From contig JAWMAR010000052.1 in NCBI GenBank assembly GCA_036785375.1, forward strand, positions 6,200,001 to 6,264,000: a stretch of 64,000 nucleotides of DNA. Reading direction: 5' to 3'. This document shows, one piece after another, positions 49,501 to 62,399 of this stretch. Below the pieces are notes generated by a model. It had not been told where the DNA came from, ran no database searches, and saw nothing but the letters and a program-made list of their open reading frames with translations. The stretch is from Leucoraja ocellata. Lineage: Eukaryota. Numbering within the stretch: the first letter of the stretch is position 1; each line of letters starts with the position of its first letter. Made by a program: the position numbers and the translations under genes.

Positions 49501-51419
49501 GTACTTTCCTGACATTAGAGGAATGAGTGATGTTAATGAAAAGTAAACAAATTCTTAGAGGCATAAAAAGGGTATATTTTGACTAGCTATTTCTCTTGAT
49601 GGCAAGTTTAGAACAAGAGGCATAGTCTCAGGATAGTCAGCCACTTAAGACGGAGATGGGGAAATATTTATTCACTCAGAGTGCTGTGAGTGTTTGGCTT
49701 TCTCCAATCCAGAGAGGCAGGTAGTCAAATTGGGGAAATCAAAGAATATGGGGATTAAGTGGGAAAGTGGAATTGAAGCAAAGTATTATAGTAGTGAAGG
49801 ATGGGAAAGATTCAAAGGACTGACTGAACTACTATTGTTGATTCTTTGAAAGAAAAATAGCACCCACCCAATTATAGTCATATAGCATGGAAACAGGCCC
49901 TTCGACAAAACGTGCTCAGCGCAACCAACATGTCCCATCTACACTAGTCCCACCTGCCTGCATTTGTCCCATATCCGTCTAAACCTATCCTATCTACCCG
50001 TTTAAATGTTTCTCACTGACCTGCTGAATACAGTAAAAGAGAGAAGACTTACAATTCAGCCTTTATATGGATTTCTGCAGCTCCTTATAGACCCCTTTCA
50101 GGATGCCCAATTATAATTTTTCAGCTAATAAAATGTTTAGTTTTAAATGCGAGTCCACCATTGCAAAAAGCACATTAAACAAATTTTACAGAGCAATATC
50201 CCACCATCAGCAGGAGCTAAATACCTGGCAAAGGAGGTATATATGGCAGATCGAACTGTTGTGAAAAATGGCAGATCGAATCTGAAGAAGGGTCTCGACC
50301 CCAAACGTCACCCATTCCTTCTCTCCAGAGATGCTGCCTGTCCCGCTGAGTTACTCCAGCATTTTGTGTCTATCTTTCATTTAACAGTTAAATGTGAGGC
50401 CAGCAAACAAATAGGAACAGAGAATGCAAGAGAAAGAATGTTCTATGTTGGATGAACATTTAGTGACTTTGTCGGTGCAGAAACATGACGACTCTTTTGT
50501 GTCCTGCCGTGGTGAGGTCTGCTGTATGATTTTACCAGCTTGAATCATTGAAAAGCCATGAAGAAAGAATGAATGAATAAAGAGCGAAATATAAAGCAAA
50601 TCAGAAAGAGTGACAAATATAAAGACAAATTGCTAGACTCGGAAACGTGAGAAAATAAAAACATTATTGAGGCTTAGAACCAAAAAGCATTACAAAAAAA
50701 TTAAAGGTGTGAAAAGGAAAGGAAATGCAAGCAATTTAGATAGTGGGAGAACACAGAAAGCCAAACCAAAGAAAGAGAAAAAAGGCCACATCATCTGTCA
50801 GAGCCTTTGAACAGCCTCACTCAACACCTAAACGTGACACCTGTCTATTACAAATAGATCTGTTACTTCTTGCCCTTCTCAGCAGGCTCGACACTAAACC
50901 ACTTGCACAAGCTGCCAGTCAAATGAAGAGCGATTGCCAGTTAAAAGAGAAATTAAACTACTAGACAAGACTAATCTCCTTCAATTGCCTGTGCTTGCCT
51001 CTTCACTAGATAAACTCAAACCCTGTCTATCCGTGTTGCTAATCCTGACTAATACAGCTTTGTTACTCGGGCAGATTCGGGCTCCCCAGCTGCACTGAGC
51101 TATCACTCCACTGCAATGAAAACAGGCCTATAAATTTCCTTCACATTTAAAATCACTGGCATTGTTTACTGACCCCTCAAGTGTACAGCTTCATAATATT
51201 ACTACCTACGCCTGATGTAGAGGTGGTTGTCACAGGAATGGTTACAGGTCGCCAATCCCTCTCCTCACCACAACACCCTGCATGCTCATCTTCCTCATTG
51301 TGTTGATGTCCAAGGTTAATCAACACCTTTCTGCTCATTCTTCCCCCATCACCTTAATACAAAACACTGAATTAGTCTCTTCCTCAGGGTTTTTAAACTG
51401 TGGCTAAGTGACTTTACAC

Positions 51420-51702
51420 ATTAGAGAAACTACGAGGCAACAGGCCTTTCAGACCACCGAGTCCACGCCGACCAGCGATCATCCCATCCACTAGCACTAT
51501 CCTACACACTAGGGACAACTCATAGAAGCCAATTAACCTACAAACCTGTACATCTTTGAAGGGCGGGAGGCAATGGGAGCACCCGGAGAAAACCCACATG
51601 GTCACAAGGAGAATGTACAAACTCTGTACGGACAGCACCCATAGTCAGGATCGAGACCGGGTCTCTGGCGCTGTAAGGCGGCCACTCAACCACTGTGCCG
51701 CC
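51420..51702 (-). mobile_element. V-SINE (HE1-like) copy
   Basis: Same head, V-domain and tail as other copies. Confidence 0.8.
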
Positions 51703-51779
51703 CTAAGTGGGTTGCATTCTAGTTTCCGAGTCATAAAGTTGATGGTTCAAATCCCCTTCCAGGACAAGTTGGCAAGTTG

Positions 51780-52795
51780 TAGCCAAATTTAATTGCCACG
51801 GTAATAGGAGCGATAGTGGATTGGAAGCCTGCGTCCAGTGGTGTAGCATAGGATCGGTGTTGTGATGTTTCCTGTTTGTAACATACACTGATGATTTCGA
51901 TGAAAATTTGGGAGGTATGATTCGCAAGTTTGTAGACAACATGGAAAATCAATGGTGTTGTTAGTAAGGAGGGTTGTCTCAGGTGATAACATGCTATTGA
52001 TCAGTTGATAAGAAGAGCAGATGGAATTTAATCCTGATAAGTGCAAGGGAGGACATAATATTTCACACAATGACTGGTAGATCCTGAGGGAGAACTGAGG
52101 AACAGAAGGATCGAGGTGTACAAGTCCAAGGACCATGGAAGGCAGCAGCACCGACAGATAAGGTGGGGGATACTCAAAATGAGTATTCCCATTACAGAAT
52201 ACTCACCTCCATTAACTGGAGCACAGACTATAGGAGAAGGAAGATATGCTACTATTTTATGAAATATTGGCTAGGGTACAGGTGGAGAATACTGTGGCTG
52301 GAACACTATAGGAAGTATACGATTGCAGTATAAGGATAGATTTTTCTTTATAGGAGACATTGGTCAGGCTGGGTTTGTGTTCCGTGGAGTAGAGGAGGCA
52401 AGTGGGGGGTTGGTAATCTGATTATAGATTATAGCTACTGTGGGCTAAAAAGTATATTCTTGCGTTGTATAGTCCATGTTCTATATATACAAATTATGAG
52501 GGACATAAAGAGCAGGGATGCTGGAAATAAAAAGGCACAGGATTAAGGTAAGGGTAGGAGGTTTAGCGAGAAGGCGAGAAATATTTTCTTTCACCCAGAG
52601 GGGTTATGGAATTTGGAATGCACTGCCTAAAGGGGTGGTGGAGGAAGGCACTCTCACAACTGTTAAGAAGCATTTGTTGAGCACTGGAATCATCAAGGCA
52701 AAAAGGATCGAAGGCCGAGTGTTGGACAAAGAGGCTTGGTATAGATGGGTACTGGATGCTTGGCATCGATGTGTTGGTTCTAAGGGTCTGTTTCT
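51780..52795 (+). mobile_element. Old degenerate CR1-clade LINE (RT to 3' end)
   Basis: Decayed RT segments (attcgcaagtttgtagacaac; atggaatttaatcctgataagtgc) and FTQRGYGIWNALP. Confidence 0.65.
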
Positions 52796-53361
52796 GGGCA
52801 GAATATCTGGCAAAAATGGAGGAATGCTGCACTGTCTGAGTTGCTCTTTCAGATGAGGTATTAAACTAAGGGATCCCCTCACCTCCAAGTGAACATTAAA
52901 GATCCATGGAGCTTTCTAAAGAGCAGCAACAGAGTTCTCCACGAGTTGCAAGCAATATTTGTATCTCAAACAACTCTAATAACAGGTGTAGAAATAAGGA
53001 ACACCAGATGCTGGTTTACAACTAAAGGACACAAGGTGCTGGAGTAACAGCGGGTCAGGCAGCATCACTGGAGAACATGAATAGGTGACGTTTAGGGTCT
53101 GGACCCTAGTAACAGGTAACCTGACTGTCATCTCATTGCCGTTTGCGGCAGTTTCCCCTTGTGCGTTAGCTGGCCACTGTGTTTCCTCATCATGCCGATT
53201 GTGCATTAAAAGTATCTGACTGGTTGTAGAACACATTAGAACGACTGAAGGTTGTGAAGGGTGCTGAACAAATGTAGGTTCTTTCCACCCTCTGAAAAAG
53301 GAGGGCTCCAGTAATAACACAAGGACACAGACTGTGAGATTCATAGGGTCGGTTCCCTTAC

Positions 53362-53427
53362 CTTTGAAGGTCCCATATCCGTAAGGGAGAGGCATGGCCA
53401 CAGCAAGCAGTCCCGGTCAAAACAGAG
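53362..53427 (-). CDS. FBXW4: FBXW4 small internal coding exon; upstream exons lie beyond the window
   Basis: SVLTGTACCGHASPLRIWDLQ(S) matches GTACCGHxSPLRIWDL; 66 nt, ttctag|...|gtaagg, phase 2/2 joins exon 25901. Confidence 0.94.
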
Positions 53428-56400
53428 CTAGAAAATAGAAAGTACAAGCACTTACCAAACAAAAAGGTGCATCAAAATAACTTATATATTTTCCTATTCC
53501 TGTATTCTATTAGAGCCCTTGATTTGGAATGGATGTGTATAATCCTCACTTTACCCCAATAACATTTTGTGTCAGGGGCCTTTGTGCAATACGAGACAGA
53601 AAAGAGACATGGGGACAACAAATTTGAGTCTCACCACGGTCACTCCCTCTTCTCCCCTCTCCCATCGGGCAAGAGGTATTGAAGTGCAAAAATGTTTCAA
53701 GAATCTTACTACCCAGCTGTTATTAGGCAACTGCACCATCCTATCACCAACTCGAGAACGGTCCTGACCTCCCACCCACCACCTCGGACTACTGCTCTAG
53801 TAATATAGAAACATAGAAAAATAGGTGCAGAGTACGACATTCAGCCCTTCGAGCCAGCACCCGCCATTCAATATGATCATGGCTGATCATCTAAAATCAG
53901 TACCCCTTTCCTGTTTTTTCCCCATATCCCTTGCTTTGTACATCTCAAGATCAATTTTGGACCTTGCAAAGGCACCAGCCAGCTTTATTCGTCAGCCTTG
54001 CCCTCGGACCCACCAGAGATCGAGGGACAGGGAGAAGGGGTAGTAGCAGTGGATCATCCATCATTATCCATCATTTCTGTATGAAAAGAGCTCCACTTTG
54101 GCAAGTATTGTATTACCCGAGCTCTAATGCAGGAGGTAAAAAAACAAACCGAGATAGACACAAAATGTTAGAGTAACTTGGCGGGACAGGCAGCATCTCT
54201 GGATAGAAGGAATGGGTATCCAGTGATGCTGCCTGTCCCACTGAGTTACTCCAGCATTTTGTGTCTATCTTCATTGTAAACCAGCATCTACAGTTCCTTC
54301 CGGCTCAAAATAAACCGAGAATGGGTCTACACAAATCATGCATGTAGGTTCTATCAAGGAATGGGTTAACACTAATCAAGTGCTGGATACATGGTTAAGA
54401 GCAGGGGAGGTGTGACGAAGGGGCTCGGAGGGGGGAAGAGATTGGAATTAGCCTTTCTCCAGTTGGTACACTGCTCTTGAGCAGGCCTGAATCATTTATT
54501 ACACAACACAATACAGGGGTGGAGCAGTTTGCACAATCCCACACAGGCTGTGGATCACCTGAAAGACCCCCTCCCCTGTTCCTGCCACTACCTGCTGTGT
54601 TCCCACCACCTAGCCCCTTTCACTACCCCTGGGGGACCATCACACTCACGTACACACTAATAGCTTTTAGTTTCCATTCATACAAAAACTGCCGCACTAA
54701 AATTGGCCAGCAGACCACCAACACTGAGCCCTCCCCAACCCAACCTTTCATAGCCAGGGTTTTGCTGCAATCCTCACCTCAAGCCCCAGACAAAGGCACT
54801 AAGGCATCTCAGAAACTTATTTTAGCACTAAAGGACCAAAATGTTCAAACTTCTTTACAATTTTTGATCAATGAAAATAAACCTCCCTTTGATAACTGGA
54901 CAGAGATATCCCTGGCTCATTTTATTAGTTGCCTTTGCTGATTGGCAAATAGAACAATTCACCACATGGAGGCAGAATTAGTGACTCATGAAACAGCACC
55001 TGAAATACGTGAATTGCTTTTAAAATAGACTAGTGAAAAGGGTGCGATTTGTATATCGTACAACAAAGGTTATGTAGCAGGTTAACAGATTTTCTTTGCA
55101 AGTTTACGGATTCTGTGTAGGTTTACAGGTTTATTCTGTATTCAGGCGATTCACAGCATCAATGTATGGAGTCTGTTTATTTAGGGTTGCTTTATCGAAT
55201 TGTATTAGTTTCAAAAGTATTACAGTTCACTGTAACTGCACACGTCACTCAGCATTTAAGATACAATACTCATTGTGTTGCTGTTTATTTGTAGGGGGTC
55301 ACTCTTTGTCTAATTGCATCAAATTAATATTTAGGGCAAGGTTTACTCGCTACGTAAGTTCAAAAAACAGCACAGAGTCAAAGTTTATTCAACGCACGAC
55401 TGCTCAGAATGGGGGAGCATTTAGGACGGCGTGGATAACGCCGGGTCCCTTGGTCTGGAGCAGGTAGCAGCCCCGCACCAGCTCCCAAACTACCTACCCG
55501 CACCTGCCAAGCAAGTCCCACCTCACTGTGGCATCGTCTGCAGGTCTCACATCAGCCAATTCAGAATGCACAGAGCCAGTCGTCCTGCAACCCAAGGGAT
55601 AGCCTAAGATGGTGAAGGTTAGACTTGACTGTTTAGACCACGGCAAGTAATATCAGACGTCAATCTCCTCTTCCCAATCCATGGCCCGCTTCTCTACCTT
55701 AGAATAAGGATATTCTTGGTTTCTTTTATCCATTACTATTTCTTAAAATCTCTTCCTCACCTGCCTCTTCCCTTTCTACCCACTACTTCATCAAGTGCAA
55801 GGATTTCAGGGACTTGTTTTTTCACCCAGACTTCATTCCCACTGTTGACCATCTACCTGTCTTATGTCAGCACAACGGGTTCCATTACCCCCTTTCCAAG
55901 TCTTTGCAAACTTTGTCATTACCAAAAAACACACCCGTAGCTCTCTTTTCCCCCATCCACAGTTACTGAATATGTAGTCATCTCAAGTCAATGGTGATTT
56001 TTGCCATTGCCTTATGTTTGAACGTTTAACATCTGACTCCACCACTGCCGTGGTATTGAAGTAACATAATCAAACATGCCAACTATGACCGGCAATCATT
56101 GTCCTTCTTCATCTTCATAACGATATAGGTAGCTGGCAACATGACTAACTACCCATGAGAAGTTGTGGCAGTGACCCAGGACCTTCAATTCCTGACCCAG
56201 GACAAAATTCTTGGGCACACCTTGGATCCCTTACACAGGTCAGGGCCGTCAGGTTGGCCCATCCAAGAACCAACGTGACGAGCTGTTATAATCCTGATTT
56301 TAGAATACAGCCTGAAGAAGTGCCTCGACCCAAAACGTCACATGTCCATGTTCTCCAGAGATATTGCCTGACCTGCTGGGTCCTCCAGCACGATGTGTCC

Positions 56401-59400
56401 TTACAATATTAGTGATTGTGCAAAGAGACAGACTGCACATGGCTTGAGATCTTGCTGAGGTCAATACGAGCTTCACATGGAGGCAATCAATGGAAAAATG
56501 TGTGTATGGACATGGTATGGTAATTACTCTCAAACCTCTCTGAGATTATGGGAGCTGTGAGAAGGATTAGCCTTTAGGGTGATATAGACATGATAATGAA
56601 TGGGCACAGACATAGCAAATGTAGTTCGGGAAAATGCAAGGTCATCTATTAGGATAAGATTTAAAAAAAGAAAGCAAGAGTATTTTTCACAGCTCATTTT
56701 CAATGATAAGAGATTGAAAGGTGCTACTGTTCAGAGCAACCTGGTGTCATTGTACGCGAATCATTCACTTACAGTTAACAGCAGGTACAGCAAGCAATTA
56801 GGAAGGCAAATGATGCGAGAGCCTTTTTTTTTGCAACAATGAGGAGATACGTCTTGCTCCAATTATGGAAGCCCCAGGTGAAATTGTACCTAGAATATTT
56901 TGAACAGATCTGAGATTATACCATTCCTTGGGTAGAAGCTGGGGAGTGAGTCAATTTAAGGGGGGGGGGGGGGGCTGAGAAGGGAAGACATTTCTTCACA
57001 CAAAGGTGGCAAAGCTTTCTCTACTATCTCTACTCACAAGGGCTATGGATGCCCGACTGTCGAGTACATTCAAAAGAGAGATGATAGATTTTTAAATATT
57101 AATGAAATTAAGGAATATGGTGTAGGTGAATGATGCCAAGATAAAATATCTTAATAAATGGTGCATGAGGTAAAGGGCTGAATTCTATCACTTTTTACAT
57201 TAATCCCTCCGATTCCAATCCTCCAACTTCCTCAAACATGAACTCATCCAAGACTCGGGAGAGCTTATTGTACTTTGCATCAATTCCAGCTCATTCATCA
57301 GTCTTGTGCCCAAGCACGCAATTGTAAAATACTCACCCTTGCATTCTATTAAGAGAATGAATCTCAACATTAAAGTTGCTGTATAAATACAAATTATTAT
57401 TGCTTCACAAATCATTCTTATTATCCCACAAAGCTCCTGCCTATTCACAGGGTGATGGCTTCTTGGGCAATTATGAAGCGTTAGACTCAACATTTCTGTT
57501 CGACCACAAATAGATAATGCTAGTATTTCACAGAGACTGTCAGTTGTCCTACTTATCCAGTTTTTGAAATACTTCAGTAACAGTCAGATTCAATTTTACA
57601 GTCCAAAGGAAAAAGCACACAAAAAATATCTCGCCCCTGACTGTATGAATAGTATTTTCCACAATTTACAGTTAAAGATTTTTGTAGCCACCCATTAGAA
57701 GTGGTGGGTCGATGGGCTGCCACTCAGGATCTTTCACAAATATTGCGAGGCGGGCATTCCATAAGCTCAGTGTAAATTAACCACAGCTCACAGTCAGACT
57801 TTAAGAGCCAGATCACAAGACGACCAACAGGCAGTTAATGCATACAGAATTCATTTCAACACTAGGTGGTTATTGGGGAAAGAAGTGGATCTGGCATAAA
57901 TCATGCCACTAAGTGGAGATCCTGACTTCAGACGGCGTGGGAAAGCAGAAATTTGATGCAATGTTCAACGGAATTTCTCCATCTTCAGCCAATTTAACAT
58001 GGACAGTGGAAACCAGACCATAATATTGCAAGCCAAAGTTATGTAGTGCAACCTGTACAAAGTCCATCGAGGTCCATTTGCATGTGGCTGAAGAGTCTGA
58101 TGGCTGTTGAGAAGAAGAAACCTGCTGGTCACAGTTTTCAGACTCCTGTACCTTCTTTCCAATGGTAGTAGCAAGATGAGAGCGTTATCATCTTGGTTCG
58201 ATCCTGACTACGGGTGCTGGCTGTACGGAGTTCGAACGTTTTTTCCGAGATGAGAAAAACATTTTTTAGGACCGAGATGAGAGAAACATTTTTCACACAG
58301 AGAGTGGTGAATCTCTGGAATTCTCTGCCACAGAAGGTAGTTGAGGCCAGTTCATTGGCTATATTTAAGAGGGAGTCAGATGTGGCCCTTGTGGCTAAAG
58401 GGAGAGAAGGCAGGTACAGGATACGGAGTTGGATGATCAGCCATGATCATATTGAATGGCGGTGCAGGCTCAAAGGGCCGAATGGCCTACTCCTGCACCT
58501 AATTCCTATGTTTCTATGTCAGGGTGGTGTGGGTCTTTGATGATATTACCTGCCTTTGTGAGGCAGTGCTTCCTGTGGATGGTGGGGAGGTCAATACTCA
58601 TGATGGACCTAACATTACCTAACCATATTTCCTCACATTTTGCTTACCCAATTAATTCTATATAATTCAGCAAATGTAGCTGCAGTATACTGAGGACTGA
58701 TTAAGATGGGATGAATGGATAGAACCATTAGTAGATGTATCAAAGGCCAGCATGCAGAGATAGAAATAGAACATAAAAAGTACAGCCCTTCGGCCCTAAA
58801 TGTCTGTGCTGAACACGATACTAAACTCAACTAATCTCATCTGCTTTGCATCATGTTCGACACAGATTTAAAATGATGGAGAACGTATTGGAAATAGAAC
58901 CAATCAGGCTTTCAAATGACAATTTCCCATTAGTTGCAGATCAGAGAGTCTATCGAAGAGTCTATCCTCTTCTTAGAGGATAAAACAAGTTAATCCACCC
59001 TTTAAATGACGGCGAAATCACTTAAAAAACCCATTTAAGGAAGAGAAGGAAATCTCGCTTGTGTCCTCGCTATTAGTTATCTCCTAACCAACAACTGAAA
59101 CACAGATCATCTGGGTAATAAAAAAGAACTGCAGATGCTGGTTTATACCAAAGATAGATGCAAAATGCTGGAGTAACTCAATGGTCAGACAGCATCTCTG
59201 GAGAAAATGGATAGGTGACATTTCAGGCCTGGACCCATATTCAGCACATCTGCTGAACCCTGATGGTTGGTGAGAAGAAGCTGTTCTTGAACCTGATGGT
59301 CAGAGTTTTCAGACTCCTGTACCTTCCTCCTGACGGTAGGAGTGAGATGAGAGATTTGCCATGGTGGTGTGGGTCTTTGATGATATTACCTGGCATCTTG

Positions 59401-59619
59401 AGTTACTGCCTCCTGCAGATCCCTTGGATGCTGAGTTACTTCAGCATTTTGTGTTTATCTACAGATCATCTGGTGATCGTTGCTTTGGAGGTGGTGGGAG
59501 GCATACTATGAATACATTGATGGCTCAATTTGACAATAATTGCACTTCAAAAGTACTTTACTGATTGTGAAACCACACTTGTATGCCACAGAGGTTGTGA
59601 ATGATGCTATCTTTCTACT

Positions 59620-60430
59620 GTATACAAAAATGCTGGAGAAACTCAGCAGGTGAGACTGCATCTACGGAGCGAAGGAATAGGTGACGTTTCGGGTCGAGAC
59701 CCTTCTTCAGACTGATGTGGGGTTAGGGGGTGGGCGGGGAAGAAGAAAGGAAGAGGCGAGCCGGTAGGCTGTGGGAGAGCTGGGAAGGGGAAGGAGGGAA
59801 GCAAGGACTACCTGAAATTGGGGAAGTCAACGTTCATACCGCTGGGGTGTAAACTACCCAAGCGAAATATGAGGTGCTGCTCATTGAGTTTGCAGTGGGA
59901 CTCACTCTGGCCATGGAGGAGGCCCAGGACAGAAAGGTTGGATTCGGAATGGAAGGGAATGGAGTTGAGGTATTGAGCCACCGGGAGATCGGTTGGTTAA
60001 TGCGAACTGTGCGGAGGTGTTGGGTGAAGCAATCGCCAAGCCTGCGCTTGGTCTCACCGATGTAGAGCAGTTGACACCTAGAACAGCGGATGCAATAGAT
60101 GAGGTTGAAGGAGGTGAAGGTGAACCTCTGCCTCACCTGGAAACACTGCTTGGGTCCTTGAATGGAGTCGACGGGGGGGGGGGGGGGGCGGGGGGGGGGA
60201 GGTAAAGCGACGAGCGTAGCATTTCCTGCCGTTGCAAGGGAAAGTACCAGGGGAGGGGATGGTTGGTGTGGGAAAGGCCGAATTGACCAGGTAGTTACGG
60301 AGGAGCGGTCTCTGCGGAATGCCGAAAGGGGAGGAGATGGGAAGATGTGACCAGTGGTGGGATCCTGTTGGAGGTGGCAAAAATGTCGGATGATTATCTG
60401 TTGTATGTGACGGCTGGTAGGATGGAAGGT
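59620..60430 (-). mobile_element. Penelope-like element (GIY-YIG endonuclease region plus terminal repeat)
   Basis: PPLSAFRRDR, PGTFPC, NLIYCIRCSRCQLLYIGETKRRLGD (GIY-YIG), then terminal repeat CTGAAGAAGGGTCTCGACCCGAAACGTC. Confidence 0.9.
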
Positions 60431-60479
60431 GCTCTATGTTTTATGTGCCAGCCCTACATTCAGCACCTGTCACTGTGTC

Positions 60480-60850
60480 TGAAGTTATAGGAGCAGAATT
60501 AGGCCATTCGGCCCATCAAGTCTACTCTGCCATTCAATCATGGCTGATCTATCTTTCCCTCTCCATCCTATTCTTCTGCCTTCCATAACCCCAGACTAAT
60601 CAAGAATCTGTCAATCTTTGCCTTAAAAATATCCATCGACTTGGCCTCCACAGCCACCTGTGGCAATTAATTCCATTGATTCGCTATCTCCTGACTAAAG
60701 AAATTCCTCCTCATTTCCTATCTAAAGTTACATCCTTTTATTCTGTGGCTGTGGCCTCTGGTCCTAGACATTCCCACTAGTGGAAACATCCTCTCCACAT
60801 CCACTCTATCCAGGCTTTTCACTATTCGGTAAGTTTCATCGAGGTCCCCC
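60480..60850 (-). mobile_element. CR1-clade LINE 3' fragment
   Basis: Reverse complement of CR1 ORF2 end and tail. Confidence 0.75.
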
Positions 60851-62399
60851 TTCAATGGTGGTAAGTGATAAATTATCGCTCACTATCCCTTGGATTTTTA
60901 GAGGTTAAGCTGCTCGTTTCAGGGGAGCGACAGGTGCAATCAACATTCAGCGGATGATCAGGTGGGGTTTGTTGCATCAACCGCCTGACAAGATCAACAG
61001 ATTGCATAATTAGAACATGCATGGAGAACTGCCGCATTAATGTGTTTCTTGTATCACTGGGGAACATGCAGGTCGCGCAAGTGATCTCAACTCACTCACT
61101 TTATTTTATTTTCAAGTATCTTCATAGAGCGACAGCAATTTGGCGAGGGCAGGCTCAGGGGGCTGTCACATCGTTCACCAGAGAGCTCATCAAACACATT
61201 CAGCCTTGCCGAACTTCCCTGGCACTTTAATCACTGTTGGGTAAACTCATTTGTTCCAATGATTAGGACTCGACCTAATAGAATATGCAAGCCTCCTGAC
61301 CTTTGACCCTCGCTGACACAGGATACAAAAGAGGAAAAGTTCAACCTTCCCCCTGCCCCCCCCCTCGCCAAACCTCCCCTCCTCTCCTCCCCCTCAACCC
61401 TATTACTCTCGATTACTCAAATTATTTATAGCCCACTGATCCCCGCACGGAGAGGCGAAAGAAAAAAGTTAAAAAACGCAATTAAGTCAGCTTTTGAAGA
61501 AGGGAAAGAGTTTTTTTTGTGTGTAAGTAGGCACTTTGTCGACCAGCGATATTATAGTGGCAAAGGTTATATCAGCACAGGTAAGGCGGACCTGCCAGTG
61601 TGTCCAGCAATCATTAGAACATGTCACGTCCTATTGCCACTGTTCACATTTTCGGTAACCTAATCATTTGACATCATTATTTGAGGTACCTCAGAGGCAT
61701 GGAATTATTGCCAGAGGTCACACAAACACAAAGCCATTCCTAGCGGGACAGCATCTGCCACAGTACCAACATTGTTCGCACCAAACCCTGGCCGCCGTTT
61801 CTAAGTTAACGGATTCTCTTCAATCAAAGGTTCTCCGTTCCTCTGAACCCTTCCCCCCCCCCTTCACCCACTCATCCTTTCCCACTCTCCTCTCTCTCTC
61901 TCGCATTCTACTTCCTCCCGCATCTACGTACCAAACAACTGAGAAGATATAGAGGAGAAATTCCTTTCGCTCACCAAGTCAATTGGGTGCGAGAGTGTCA
62001 ACGTCCTAACACTGGGTTATGTTGACTTTGATGAAATCAAATGTCGGCAGGCGAGTGCAACTGGCAGCCAATATCCTCGTTTCTGGCTTGTCATCGTAAA
62101 GAAAGTCAATAGATTTTCTCGCAGAGCATGGTGGGTATATGGAACGAGCTGAGAGGAGATAGAGGAGGCAGGTACTATAACTACATCTATGAGACATTTA
62201 GACAGGTACATGGATAGGAAAGGTTTAGAAGGATACAGGCCAAACGTGGGCAGGTGGAACATACCTAGATGGCGCATCTTAGTCGGCATGGGCAAGTTGG
62301 GCCGAAGGACCTATTTCCATTCTCCATTACTCTATGCGACATAGGGGCCAAGGCCCAGTGCAACACAACATCTAGATTGTAACAAGTCCATTATGTATA

